Source: Polyangiaceae bacterium (GTDB taxonomy: Bacteria > Myxococcota_A > Polyangia > Polyangiales > Polyangiaceae). From it: a DNA stretch of 64,000 bases. The first letter of the stretch is position 1. Every line of letters begins with the position of its first letter. The notes beneath the pieces are model-generated. The model did no database searches. It was not told the DNA's origin and saw nothing but the letters and a program-made list of their open reading frames with translations. Shown in pieces: positions 10,435-20,074 of this stretch. The stretch is from contig JBILLK010000029.1 of the NCBI GenBank assembly GCA_044376115.1, forward strand, positions 64,001 to 128,000, in the 5' to 3' direction. The translations under genes and the position numbers were made by a program.

Positions 10435-11430
10435 GTGACCAGCGTCATCGCCACCCTGCTGGCCAGCCTGGGGCTTTTGTTACTCGCCGTGTTTCGGCGC
10501 CGGCTCCTCGGCTACGCGCGTGAATCGCGGCTTGCGCTACGGCTGATGCTGTGGGCGTTTCTTGGCGGCACTGTGTTGGTCTGCACCCTCATTCTTTGGC
10601 TGGGCATACCACGCACACTTTGCCACTTGGTGCCGCAGCCTGAGGCCGCGGCCTTCGACCTAGCCGAGGGCGTTCACTACAAGCGCCTGGTGAGCCAAGA
10701 GCCTGCTCGCACCGTACACGTTGTTTCGTTGGATCTTGGCCGGCCGGGGCTTCGCTTCATCGTGCGCGAGGCCGACGCGCAGGGCTCGTTGAGCGCGCAG
10801 ACTACCAGCCAATTTCTCGAGCAAACCGGGGCGGATCTCGCGATCAACGGCGCCTTCTTCGAGCCGTGGAGCAACCGCGTTTTCACCTGGTTTCCGCACG
10901 AGGGCGACCTCGCCAAGCCCCTCGGCTACTACCGTCCGCGCGCGTTGGCTGCACAAGACGCAACGCCCCCGAGCGCCGGGACGCTGTACCTCAGCGCAGA
11001 CGGGGCCGCAGCGAGCGCGCGCATCGGTGGCGAGCCACCCAACGAGAGCATGCTCGCGATCACCGGCGAGCGCATCTTGCGCGCAGGCAAGTTCGACGGC
11101 TTCTGCGAATCGCCCTTCGAGTTTGGCAGCAAACAAGCCTTCACCCCTCACCCGCGCACCGTCGTCGGACTGAGCGCCGATCGTCAGACGCTTTGGTTCG
11201 TCGTAGCCGATGGTCGGCAGCAGCGGCGCAGTGAAGGGGCAAGGCTGCCAGAGCTCTGCGAGCTACTGCTCGCAGAGGGCGCCGCCGACGCGATCAACCT
11301 CGACGGCGGCGGCTCGAGCACGCTGGTGCAGCGCGGGAAGGACGGCCCCGAGGTGATGAACCATCCGGTTCATCGGCGCTGGCCTGGCCGAGAACGGCCA
11401 ATTCCATCGCATATCGGTGTTGTGTTTTGA
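10435..11430 (+). CDS. Phosphodiester glycosidase (NAGPA/DUF2233-like) family protein
   Basis: AINGAFF, HPRTVVG, VADGRQ, AINLDGGGSSTL; N-terminal TM helices. Confidence 0.9.
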   Translation: MTSVIATLLASLGLLLLAVFRRRLLGYARESRLALRLMLWAFLGGTVLVCTLILWLGIPRTLCHLVPQPEAAAFDLAEGVHYKRLVSQEPARTVHVVSLDLGRPGLRFIVREADAQGSLSAQTTSQFLEQTGADLAINGAFFEPWSNRVFTWFPHEGDLAKPLGYYRPRALAAQDATPPSAGTLYLSADGAAASARIGGEPPNESMLAITGERILRAGKFDGFCESPFEFGSKQAFTPHPRTVVGLSADRQTLWFVVADGRQQRRSEGARLPELCELLLAEGAADAINLDGGGSSTLVQRGKDGPEVMNHPVHRRWPGRERPIPSHIGVVF

Positions 11431-12886
11431 GCCGCGAGAGCGGCCGCTCGAAGTGCAAACCAATCGGCGCTTCACGTTCAAGCCTTGCACAAGCGGAGAT
11501 GCTGCGTGTCGAACCGCCGCTCCTCGAGCTGGCCCTAGTCTTGCTCTGACGCCCATCGTGCTTTCCTCCTGCCACGCAAAGCTCCTCGCCATCATCTGCA
11601 TGACGGCCTGTCAACCGCTGGTAGCGGTGCTGGAGTCAGAAGAAGACGAGACGGTTGGGATCGATCCCGGGTCCACCGGCGCCGGCGCTGCCGAGCCAGT
11701 GGCACCAACGGCGCGCCCAATCGCAATCGAAATCGCCAGTTGCGCGCGCTGCGACCGTTCGAGCGTGCACGTGATCCATAGTGATGCCGCTGGCGAGCGG
11801 CTCGGGCACTGGCTCGCGACCGAACCAATCATTGAGGTGCAGGCCAGCGATGGGGACGCGGTGACGGTGGCTTGGCGAGGAAGCTCAGGCGATCCGATCT
11901 TCACGACCTCGAGGGTACGCCCTCAGGTTGAGCGGCTGGCTTTCGAGATATGGAGCACCTGGAGCGAGCCCAGCTGCGCCGAGTGGTGCTGTCTCGAGGG
12001 TGGGCTGGGTGCGCCGATGGCGCTGACCGTCAAGGCTTCGGGAGAGAGCGTGCTCGTGGAGCACACCGCGAAAAAGGTGGGCGGAGATTCCGGATGGTTG
12101 GGCGAGGACGGTGAAGCCAACTTCGAGTTGGCTGCTTGCTTGAATCAGCCGAGCATCCTGCTCAAGGTCGGGCGCCAGGTTGGGATCAACGGGGATCCCG
12201 AGGCCTTTGAGTTGCGTCAGATCCCCTACGAACCCGGGACCTCTCGCACCGAGGTCTTCGCCCTGGAGGACAATCCCCGCCTCTCGATGCAGTTTGACTT
12301 GGTGAGTCCAGTCGGATCAACGGAGGTCCGGCTACGTCACGATTGGCACGCCAACGTCGGTTCGAGCTGGCACTTCAGTGAAGTTCGCGAGGCCGGTAGC
12401 GACGTGGTTTGGGAAGGCACCCCCGCCGCGTCACTCGGCCCCGCGAGCGTCAGCGCAGAAGTGAGCTTCCTCGATCTGCTTCCGCGTGGCTTTTGTGGCT
12501 CGCTCGCCGCTGTCCAGTATGGGGCCTCGGGCTCGCTCGCTCTCGATCTAAACGAGCTTGCGGTGCTCGTCCCCACCATGAACGGTGGCTGGGAGTCGAC
12601 TACGGCTTCCGGCGGCCCCGGTACGGTGGTTGAGATCGATTGGCTCGATCAATCGAACACCGTTTGGTCGACGCGCGATGACCCATCGCAAGCCTCTGAA
12701 CCAGCCGCATTTCCGGATCTCGCAGGACTCGAGCTTCCTTTTGCTGTACCCGACCTGGCTGGCTTGGAGCTATCGCTCTCCCACGAATACTGGCCCGACC
12801 AACCGAGCTACGCGGAGCACGTGGCCGCGCTGCGCCCCACGAGTGGCGCTTTTGCGCGAAGCTACGCATTCTCATGCACCGAATGA
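11417..12886 (+). CDS. Hypothetical exported/lipoprotein (start uncertain, probably further downstream)
   Basis: Long ORF with a hydrophobic stretch ending MTAC, an acidic linker, and an internal duplication PDLAGLEL x2. Confidence 0.6.
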   Translation: MLCFEPRERPLEVQTNRRFTFKPCTSGDAACRTAAPRAGPSLALTPIVLSSCHAKLLAIICMTACQPLVAVLESEEDETVGIDPGSTGAGAAEPVAPTARPIAIEIASCARCDRSSVHVIHSDAAGERLGHWLATEPIIEVQASDGDAVTVAWRGSSGDPIFTTSRVRPQVERLAFEIWSTWSEPSCAEWCCLEGGLGAPMALTVKASGESVLVEHTAKKVGGDSGWLGEDGEANFELAACLNQPSILLKVGRQVGINGDPEAFELRQIPYEPGTSRTEVFALEDNPRLSMQFDLVSPVGSTEVRLRHDWHANVGSSWHFSEVREAGSDVVWEGTPAASLGPASVSAEVSFLDLLPRGFCGSLAAVQYGASGSLALDLNELAVLVPTMNGGWESTTASGGPGTVVEIDWLDQSNTVWSTRDDPSQASEPAAFPDLAGLELPFAVPDLAGLELSLSHEYWPDQPSYAEHVAALRPTSGAFARSYAFSCTE

Positions 12887-12977
12887 GTTGTAGCGCGCTG
12901 AGCTGCTAGCCTGCGCGCGCCGAACAGCTGCGGCTAGCGCACTTGTAGGCGTCGGGGGTCGCTGTTACGAGGAAGCC

Positions 12978-14564
12978 ATGCAGCTGAAGACTCTGTTGGT
13001 CGTCGCTTGCTTGGCGGGTTGTGCACGAGCGGAAACCCGTTTGGCGAGCGAAGCACGGCCTGACGTCAGCGAGAGTGCGGCGCTCACGCCGCCTGCGGCT
13101 GCGGAGGCGCGCACGCTGAAGCGGGCGTCGCAGCGGCTTGTTTGCGACGGCCTCACGGAGCCGCTTGAGCTCGATGCTTACGTCACGCGCGGGACGCCTG
13201 CGCTCGAGTCGTACGCGAAGGAGGTGGAGCTGCTGCTCGACCTCTACCAATCGGGCGCTTGCCAGTCTGGCGCTGTGAAGTCGAAGGTACGGACGCGTCT
13301 GATCGAGGTGAACACTGACCAACTCCGCGCCAAGGCCGACGCGGAGGGGATCGGCACCGAAACGTTCGAGGAGGGCGACCGGACCAAGGCGACGGTGGTA
13401 CGCGGTCACTGGGGCTTCGTGCTCAAGTACCGTTCGGAGCGAGCCGCCATGACCATGCATCCTGGTAACTACCGCGGCCTCGAGTTGTGGTTGAGCTCGA
13501 AGATGCGCGAGCTTCGCAACCTTGCGGAAAAGCAGGAGGTCACGATCGGCGTAGTGACGGGTAAACAAGAGCTCCAGCTCTCGGAGACCCGCAGCTTCGG
13601 TCCGGCCTCAATGCGTGTCTCGCTCGAGGGGATGGTGACCTCGAGCTTCCCGTTCTACCGGCTTCAGCCGGTCGATTTGCAGGGTGGGAGCGCGGCGGTG
13701 CCAGCAAACCTTCGAGGGCTCATCGTCACGCAGCCAGGCGAGCCCTACACCGACGCTGAGCTACGCCGCATCGACGAGTTTGTCGTCTCCGGCGGAAAGG
13801 CCTTGGCACTCTATGTGAGCGCCGCAAGCCCAAAGCAAGGGCGCGCGGCGATGGACGCTACGTTGGACACGATGGGAGTGGAGCGGCTCCTGGCCGGGTA
13901 CGGCATCAAGCTGAGCAATGACCTTGTGCTCGATTTCGGTCGGGCCGCATCAGTCGCTGACTTGAGCAGCGGCACGCGAACGCCCTATCCCGCAGCGGCG
14001 GTGCTTGGCGGCTCGAGCCTAACTTCCGACGGGTCGCAGCTAGACGCATCGTTTCCTCCCTTCTACCGACTGCCGCGGTTGTCCTTTCCGTTCCCCTCGA
14101 GTTTGGTCCTCGAGCCGAGTCGGCAACCCAACGCCACGCTGCGCGCTGTCGCTCGTACGTCGAACGAGTCGATTGCCATCTCGCCGAGCACGATCAACCT
14201 GACCCCGCCCATGGTGTGGCCGGCGGAGGGTGCTCGCGCGTCGCACGTCATCTCGGCATCGGTCGAGGGCTTGCTTCGCAGCGCCTTCGCAACGGACGGC
14301 GCTGTTCCAACGTCGAAGCAGCCGAGCCGAGTGCTCGTGGTTGCCTCCTCTCAGTTCCTCGCCAACCCGTTTGCACGCGCAAGCCACGCGATCCTCCCCC
14401 CTCAGCTCGAGATGATGGTACCGAACGAAGGACCGCTAGCGGCTACTGTGCGCACGTACGCATCAGACCATGGCCAGGGGATTGTGCTCTCTTTCAAGAA
14501 CACGCTGGACTGGTTGCATCTGGAAGACGATTGGGCCGAGCTCTCCGCGACGGTCGCCGAATAG
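12978..14564 (+). CDS. GldG/ABC-transporter auxiliary-like lipoprotein
   Basis: GAGG RBS. Lipobox LAGC. IGVVTGKQE, LIVTQP.EPYTDAELRRIDEFV..GGK, LLAGYGI...DLVLD, NTLDWL motifs resemble the GldG family. Confidence 0.75.
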   Translation: MQLKTLLVVACLAGCARAETRLASEARPDVSESAALTPPAAAEARTLKRASQRLVCDGLTEPLELDAYVTRGTPALESYAKEVELLLDLYQSGACQSGAVKSKVRTRLIEVNTDQLRAKADAEGIGTETFEEGDRTKATVVRGHWGFVLKYRSERAAMTMHPGNYRGLELWLSSKMRELRNLAEKQEVTIGVVTGKQELQLSETRSFGPASMRVSLEGMVTSSFPFYRLQPVDLQGGSAAVPANLRGLIVTQPGEPYTDAELRRIDEFVVSGGKALALYVSAASPKQGRAAMDATLDTMGVERLLAGYGIKLSNDLVLDFGRAASVADLSSGTRTPYPAAAVLGGSSLTSDGSQLDASFPPFYRLPRLSFPFPSSLVLEPSRQPNATLRAVARTSNESIAISPSTINLTPPMVWPAEGARASHVISASVEGLLRSAFATDGAVPTSKQPSRVLVVASSQFLANPFARASHAILPPQLEMMVPNEGPLAATVRTYASDHGQGIVLSFKNTLDWLHLEDDWAELSATVAE

Positions 14565-14676
14565 AGCGGCGCGGGGGCACGGCTAGGATCGCGATTGCTC
14601 GCCAATCGCCAAAGCAACGTCGGCTCGAGCTCTCTCGCTTTCGATCGCAACGAGTTGCAGTTCCGGATCTCGTCCG

Positions 14677-15198
14677 TTACGGCGAGGTCTGAACCTCGAT
14701 GATGTCGAAGCCGGCTCCGCCCGGCCCGCCAGCTCGCACTGCGCAGGTACTTTCAATCACGGAGCAACTATCCGTATTCCAATATTGCTTATTCGACATT
14801 GAATTGAAGGTACAGGTGTAGTCACAGGAGGCATCGCAACAAACCCACTGGCGGTCTGAGTTATAGCCGCAAGCCGTATCGGTGCTGTTGGTCTTGCTTG
14901 CACCAATGAACGGACAGGATTCACCCTGGTTCTCGCCGGCTTGCCGTGAATCATTGTTGAGTGACAGAACCACGGTCCCCGTCTGCACACTATAGAGCCC
15001 TTTGGGCACGACGAACTTGGTCGACTTGGGAACGCTAAACTTCAATTCGTCTTCCGAGGTAGCAACCTCTTCCAGCTCGTCCTCGAGGCTCTCTTCATCG
15101 GACTGTTCGACGACACAGCCTACGCCTGTCATGGCGAAAGGCAGCGTGCCGAAAGCGATTAGCGAGAGGACGGTGCGAAACTTGGACGATTGGCTCAT
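14677..15198 (-). CDS. Cys-rich lipoprotein with acidic post-lipobox segment
   Basis: AAGGAG RBS before ATG 15198. Lipobox GVGC, then EQSDEESLEDELEE. Eight Cys in the C-terminal half. Confidence 0.8.
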   Translation of the reverse strand: MSQSSKFRTVLSLIAFGTLPFAMTGVGCVVEQSDEESLEDELEEVATSEDELKFSVPKSTKFVVPKGLYSVQTGTVVLSLNNDSRQAGENQGESCPFIGASKTNSTDTACGYNSDRQWVCCDASCDYTCTFNSMSNKQYWNTDSCSVIESTCAVRAGGPGGAGFDIIEVQTSP

Positions 15199-15242
15199 GA
15201 CAGGCTCCTTGTGGAACGCGACGTTGCGTTTGAACCCTACTA

Positions 15243-15259
15243 AGCAATGGCGGTGCCAG
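15243..15259 (-). promoter_or_regulatory. sigma54 (-24/-12) promoter for 14677..15198
   Basis: Minus strand CTGGCACCGCCATTGCT matches TGGCAC-N5-TTGC(A/T) exactly. Confidence 0.85.
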
Positions 15260-15322
15260 CGCTCGGATCGTCGCCATTGTGCGCAATTCCATCGTTCGTC
15301 GTGCTTTTGCGCTCTCAACGTG

Positions 15323-15372
15323 TGTCTAGCTTCTTGGACACCGTCCAAGCTTGGCGTCCAAACCACCAGACA
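15323..15372. promoter_or_regulatory. Putative tandem enhancer (UAS) sites for a sigma54 activator
   Basis: TGTC-N10-GACA (15323-15340) and CGTC-N10-GACA (15355-15372), 32 bp apart, lying between the two sigma54 promoters. Confidence 0.6.
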
Positions 15373-15421
15373 CATAGGCCGTTTACCCGCTTCTTAATGC
15401 ACTATTTTCGACTCATTGCTC

Positions 15422-15438
15422 ATGGCACGAAGCCTGCT
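15422..15438 (+). promoter_or_regulatory. sigma54 (-24/-12) promoter for 15521..16180
   Basis: ATGGCACGAAGCCTGCT: GG at 15424-25 and GC at 15436-37, correct spacing, one mismatch (CTGC for TTGC). Confidence 0.75.
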
Positions 15439-15520
15439 GAGTCGGGTAACAACTTGGGCAACGACCGCATGCAACAACCGCATGCGGCCCCCCAGTCCCA
15501 CCTTCAGCTCAGGAGCTACT

Positions 15521-16180
15521 ATGCATATCCGATCGCTACTGGTTCAGGCACTCGCCGTTAGCCTTGTCTCCTCTACCTTCGCCGCCTGCGATCAAGCGGA
15601 AGAGACTGACGAACTGGACGAACTCGACATCGCCAGCGATGAGATCGTGGCCAGCCACGGCAGATACCTGATTGCCAATGGTTATACCGGTAAAGCAAAC
15701 TTCTACATCGAGGCGGAGTTCGGCAGCCAAAGCGCCCCCGTCGCTGAAATCCTCGAGTGTGAACTCACGATCGGAGCGCTGGCCGTCACCGCCAAGTGCC
15801 CCGGCGTGGCCAACCCGCCGGTGACGTTGCTGGCCGACGACGAACCGTCGGTCCGAGCAATCCGGGTAGGCTTTACCCCCATTCGTCACGCGTTGACCAA
15901 CCAGGGCTACTCGATACTCTCGTTGGCGAGCCGGTCGGAACCCATTCCGATGGCCGAGGCCGTGTGGGAAAACGGACACTGGGAATGCAAAGCAAGCGAG
16001 GCCGACGTAGAGGACTGCAAGCAGACGTGCGTCGCCAACGGGGGCGGGGGCACGGTCACGGTCGACGAGGAGATCCCAAGTAACTATCTGGACCGCGAGC
16101 CGACATGCATGGTGACTTGCAAGTGTGCGGATGGAAGCAAAACGATCCACCCAGATCCGCCTCAGGTCATTGCATTCTGA
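15521..16180 (+). CDS. Cys-rich lipoprotein with acidic post-lipobox segment
   Basis: AGGAG RBS before ATG 15521. Lipobox FAAC, then DQAEETDELDELD. C-terminal Cys cluster (WEC..C...C..C...CKC). Confidence 0.8.
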   Translation: MHIRSLLVQALAVSLVSSTFAACDQAEETDELDELDIASDEIVASHGRYLIANGYTGKANFYIEAEFGSQSAPVAEILECELTIGALAVTAKCPGVANPPVTLLADDEPSVRAIRVGFTPIRHALTNQGYSILSLASRSEPIPMAEAVWENGHWECKASEADVEDCKQTCVANGGGGTVTVDEEIPSNYLDREPTCMVTCKCADGSKTIHPDPPQVIAF

Positions 16181-16202
16181 AGCTAGCTACCGAGCTCCCG
16201 CC

Positions 16203-17489
16203 ATGAGTTATGCTTCGTGGGTGTCGCAAGAGCATAGCGAGCCCGCCGTGGACTCCTACCCGGCGGGTACTGTGCTCGCCGGTAAGTACCAAGTCGAGGG
16301 CACCTTGGGGCGCGGCGCAATGGGCACAGTCGTCGCCGCCACCCATCTTGGGCTGCGAGAGCCGCGTGCCCTCAAACTGCTGCACAGCACCTGGCTGACC
16401 CACCCCGAGAAGGTGGAGCGTTTTCGACTTGAAGCGCGAGCCGCCTCCAAGCTTAGGGGCTCGCATGTTGCCCGCATCTACGACGTTGGCGAGCTCAGTT
16501 CAGGGGTGCCCTTCATCGTGATGGAGCGTCTCGAAGGCGTCGACCTCGAGAGCCTGCTTGCGGTGCGCGGCCAGTTGGAGGTAACCGAAGCGGTGACCTT
16601 CATTAGGCAAGCCTGTGAGGCGATCGAGGAGGCTCACGGGCTTGGCATCGTTCATAGAGACTTGAAGCCCGCCAATCTGTTTGCGCAACGCACGCCTGCT
16701 GGCGCACAAATCAAAGTGCTCGATTTTGGCGTCGCCAAGATTCGTATCGTGGGGCAGACCATCAGCAACACCAAGAACGGTGAGTTCATTGGGACGCCGC
16801 GGACGATGTCGCCCGAGCAAGCCCGCGGGGGCGCCTCGGTCGACCTGCGCACCGACATCTGGGCGCTTGGAGCTACGCTCCATCAGCTGTTGACTGGGAC
16901 CACGCCCTTCGAAGGCAAAACGCTGGGCGAGCTCACGCACAACATTCTATTCGCTTCGCCGAGCCCGATACGTCAACGGCGCGCGGATCTGCCAGAAGCT
17001 CTCGAAGCTGTAATTCTTCGCTGCTTGGAGAAGTCACCCGAATTGCGGTTCGGTAGTGCGGCGGAGCTCGCTCTCGCACTTGCGCCTTTTGCGTCGCTCG
17101 TCGCTACGCAGGTCACGAGCCCGACGCCGCCTTCACGTCCAGGGCTCGGCCTGGGACCGCAGCTACTCATTGCCCTTGGCGCCCTGCTTGGCATAACGAC
17201 CGGTACTGCGCTTTCAGCCCTGAAGGCGCGAGGCGGACAGATATCGCAAGCCAGTGAACCGTCGGCGCAAGCACGAGTCTCGACGCAAGCCATCGATCAA
17301 GCGAGCAGCGCGAGGGTGGATACGCCGGCCAGCTCTTCAGCCGCACCCAAAGGCGACAAGACCGCGACCCCTGCCCCTGGTGCGGTTGTACCGCCAATAC
17401 CCGCGCGGTCACTCAAGGGCGTCGAGGCAAGCCCGCCTAAACCGGCTCCGAGCGCGGCAAAGGACGCGTTCGGGGACAGCCGTCTGTAA
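16203..17489 (+). CDS. Membrane Ser/Thr protein kinase with Pro/Ala/Ser-rich tail
   Basis: GRGAMG, ALK, HRDLKPAN, DFG, GTPRTMSPE; TM helix; ends DAFGDSRL. Confidence 0.95.
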   Translation: MSYASWVSQEHSEPAVDSYPAGTVLAGKYQVEGTLGRGAMGTVVAATHLGLREPRALKLLHSTWLTHPEKVERFRLEARAASKLRGSHVARIYDVGELSSGVPFIVMERLEGVDLESLLAVRGQLEVTEAVTFIRQACEAIEEAHGLGIVHRDLKPANLFAQRTPAGAQIKVLDFGVAKIRIVGQTISNTKNGEFIGTPRTMSPEQARGGASVDLRTDIWALGATLHQLLTGTTPFEGKTLGELTHNILFASPSPIRQRRADLPEALEAVILRCLEKSPELRFGSAAELALALAPFASLVATQVTSPTPPSRPGLGLGPQLLIALGALLGITTGTALSALKARGGQISQASEPSAQARVSTQAIDQASSARVDTPASSSAAPKGDKTATPAPGAVVPPIPARSLKGVEASPPKPAPSAAKDAFGDSRL

Positions 17490-17595
17490 AGTCCTACGCG
17501 AATATGATTGGCGGCTCGCTAGAGTCATGCGCGTAATTAGCAGCGCTGGGAATGCACGAGCGAACAATGCCTCAAGACTCCAGAAGCGCAGGAAC

Positions 17596-18639
17596 ATGAC
17601 TCGGCGATTCGCCTTGCTCATCGGAGCACTTTTGTCGGCTATCGCTGACCCGCATTGGAGTGACGCCCAACCAGTGGCATCCGATGCCCCGGCGATCTCG
17701 CAGGCGCAACTGCGCTTCAATGAAGGGCTGGCGCTGCTACGCGCCGGAAAGTTCGCGGAAGCGTGTCCGAAGCTCGAAGAGAGCGTGCAACTCGAACCAG
17801 CTGCCGGGTCGAAGTTTCGGCTCGGCGAGTGCTACGAAGGGCTAGGCCGTTTGGCCGCCGCTTACCGCGTCTTCCGCGAGGTCGAGGGCGACACGCGGGT
17901 GGAAGCTCGAACCGATCGGGAGGCGCAAGTTCGGGCAAAACTAACCGAGCTCGAGCCCCGGCTAGCCTGGCTCATCGTCCGTGCGCCCGAGCAGGTCCGC
18001 TTGCTTGACGGCTTCGCCCTTGAACAGGACGGGCAGCCGCTATCCGCCGAGGATCTCAGGGCCGTGCGGATCCCTACCGATCCTGGGGAGCACGTATTCG
18101 TTGCTTCGGCGACCGATCATGTTTCAGCGCGCATGGTGCTCGTTACCAGCGCGAATGCCCCCACTGAGCTTCAGATCCCTTTGCTCGTTCGAGCTCTGAC
18201 CCAACCACCCATCGCCCAGCCAAGCCTCTCACCGCAGCTGCCCCCTCCCCCATTGCCTGAAAACACGCCGCTGGACACGGGGCTGAGCGCTGGCCGCGTT
18301 ACCGCGATTGTACTGTTTGGTCTGGGAGCGGCCGGTGTTGGTCTTGGTGCTACCTTCGCCATCGTGGCGAAGGTTCAGTGGGACGATGCCCAAGCGGGTT
18401 GTGTCGCGGGGGCGTTCAACCGGTGTTCAACGCAAGCCATCGAGGTGGGTGAGCAAGCCAATGGTAGTGCTGTAGCAGCAACTGCACTCATTATTGCTGG
18501 GGCGGCCTCCTTGGCCGGCGGGCTGGGGTTCTGGTTGGCTTTCCCGGGCGATCCAGCGAGCCCCGCGCTGTCTGTCAGCTTTCAACCGCCAACGCACGGA
18601 CTCGGCACGATCGCGCGCGCTGAATGGACGTGGCCATGA
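17596..18639 (+). CDS. Secreted TPR/PEGA-like protein with C-terminal hydrophobic hairpin
   Basis: AGGA RBS. Signal peptide. TPR (FNEGLALLRAGKFAEACPKLEES). DPGEHVFVA PEGA-like strand. Two Gly-rich hydrophobic helices flanking a Cys pair. Confidence 0.85.
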   Translation: MTRRFALLIGALLSAIADPHWSDAQPVASDAPAISQAQLRFNEGLALLRAGKFAEACPKLEESVQLEPAAGSKFRLGECYEGLGRLAAAYRVFREVEGDTRVEARTDREAQVRAKLTELEPRLAWLIVRAPEQVRLLDGFALEQDGQPLSAEDLRAVRIPTDPGEHVFVASATDHVSARMVLVTSANAPTELQIPLLVRALTQPPIAQPSLSPQLPPPPLPENTPLDTGLSAGRVTAIVLFGLGAAGVGLGATFAIVAKVQWDDAQAGCVAGAFNRCSTQAIEVGEQANGSAVAATALIIAGAASLAGGLGFWLAFPGDPASPALSVSFQPPTHGLGTIARAEWTWP

Positions 18640-20060
18640 CGCTAATTAAGTATCTAGGGCTCACTCTCGCGACAACCAGCCTAAGTGGCTGCTGGCTCGT
18701 ATGGGGTATTGAGCCACTGTCGAATGATGGCGCAGGTGCGCAGGCCGGCGCCGGAGGAACGGCGGGCAGCGGGTTGGGTGGAGCGGGTGGAACGGGTGGA
18801 ACGGGTGGAACGGGAGGAGGAGGGGGCGAACCTTCGTGCACAAAGGCTGAAGGGACATCCGGCCCGTTCAGCTTGCTTGCCCACTGTCGTGGTCTTGCAG
18901 GCCATAGGCTCTCAGCCGACGGCAGCGGGGTCGTGCTCGCGGGTAGCTTGGTCGGCAAAGACGGGAGCTTCGTGCAAACCTTCTCCACGGATGGGACCCC
19001 GATCCAACACCTCGAGCTAGCCGGGGCCGAAGAGCTATCGATCGAACTCTACGGTGCAGGGAATGGTCGAAAAATCATGGTCGGCGGCGCCGTAGCGCAG
19101 ACGGATACCCTCGCCTTACTCGACTATCGCTCGGCGGTTTGCAACGGCGAGCACTGTGGCTTCCTGGTCAGTTTGGATGCCGGGCAGCTTGGGCTCAATG
19201 GCCCCCCGCTATTCTGGGACGCAGGGCCGACAGGCACCATCGTGGTTGAAGATGTAGGGGTGGCTCAGGTCAAAGAGTACGAAAACGATCGATTTGTGGC
19301 CGTCACCGGGACCATGAAAGGCTCGCTGAACCTGCTCGAAAGCTTGAACCCACTCAGTTCCCCTACCGAGGCGATCTTCCTCGTCACCGCGAACATCCAG
19401 ACGGGGATGCCGCAAGATGCCTGGCAAAGCGTGGCCGATAATCCGAGCGGAAGACCGCAGTTATCTTTCGGACGAAAGGAGGACGAGCAGTTTCGTCTTT
19501 ATGTTTCTGGTAACGCGACGCTCGCCGGCAAGGACCAGGCGACTTGCAGTGAGGTTGATCCAGATACGAGTGTGATTCAAAACTCGGATGTGACGGACGG
19601 CGGGGTTGCGAGTGGCATCGCGAGAACGTCTTCAGGAATCGTGTGTGCTCACGTAAGAGCCAACCAGCTATGGCTGCGGGCGTTTACGGAGGGAGTTTTC
19701 GCTGACGCCGGTGGCCCTTACGATCTCGTCAGCGCTCGGCTCGCTGCGGCGGGTGACGATGTTTACGTGGCAAGCAGTTACTCCGGCACGCTCGAGGTTG
19801 GCCCACAGGCGGTCGTGAGTGCGGGAGGGCGAGATGCGGTGTTGCTGCGTGTCGACGGCGCAACGAAGCTGACCACGCCGCTGGCTATTTCGCCTGGGGC
19901 AGCACAGGATGACGAGCTTACCGACGTGACCGCCGTGCAATCGCAAAGCGGCTCCACCATCTACCTGCTCGTCAACTTCGAGGGCACCTATGACTTCGGA
20001 GGGACGTTGCTCGAGGCCGAGCCTGGCGGTAGCTCCTTCCTCGCGGCGATCAAGCTCTAG
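18636..20060 (+). CDS. Lipoprotein with Gly/Thr linker and probable beta-propeller
   Basis: ATGA overlap with upstream stop. Lipobox LSGC. GGTGGT linker. Repeated VTGT..GSL, YSGTLEVG, FEGTYDFGG strands. Confidence 0.8.
   Translation: MTLIKYLGLTLATTSLSGCWLVWGIEPLSNDGAGAQAGAGGTAGSGLGGAGGTGGTGGTGGGGGEPSCTKAEGTSGPFSLLAHCRGLAGHRLSADGSGVVLAGSLVGKDGSFVQTFSTDGTPIQHLELAGAEELSIELYGAGNGRKIMVGGAVAQTDTLALLDYRSAVCNGEHCGFLVSLDAGQLGLNGPPLFWDAGPTGTIVVEDVGVAQVKEYENDRFVAVTGTMKGSLNLLESLNPLSSPTEAIFLVTANIQTGMPQDAWQSVADNPSGRPQLSFGRKEDEQFRLYVSGNATLAGKDQATCSEVDPDTSVIQNSDVTDGGVASGIARTSSGIVCAHVRANQLWLRAFTEGVFADAGGPYDLVSARLAAAGDDVYVASSYSGTLEVGPQAVVSAGGRDAVLLRVDGATKLTTPLAISPGAAQDDELTDVTAVQSQSGSTIYLLVNFEGTYDFGGTLLEAEPGGSSFLAAIKL
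18786..18815 (+). repeat. 9-bp tandem repeat (GGTGGAACG) encoding a GGT linker
   Basis: ggtggaacg x3 directly visible. Confidence 0.8.
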
Positions 20061-20074
20061 GCTGCCCGCTCGAC

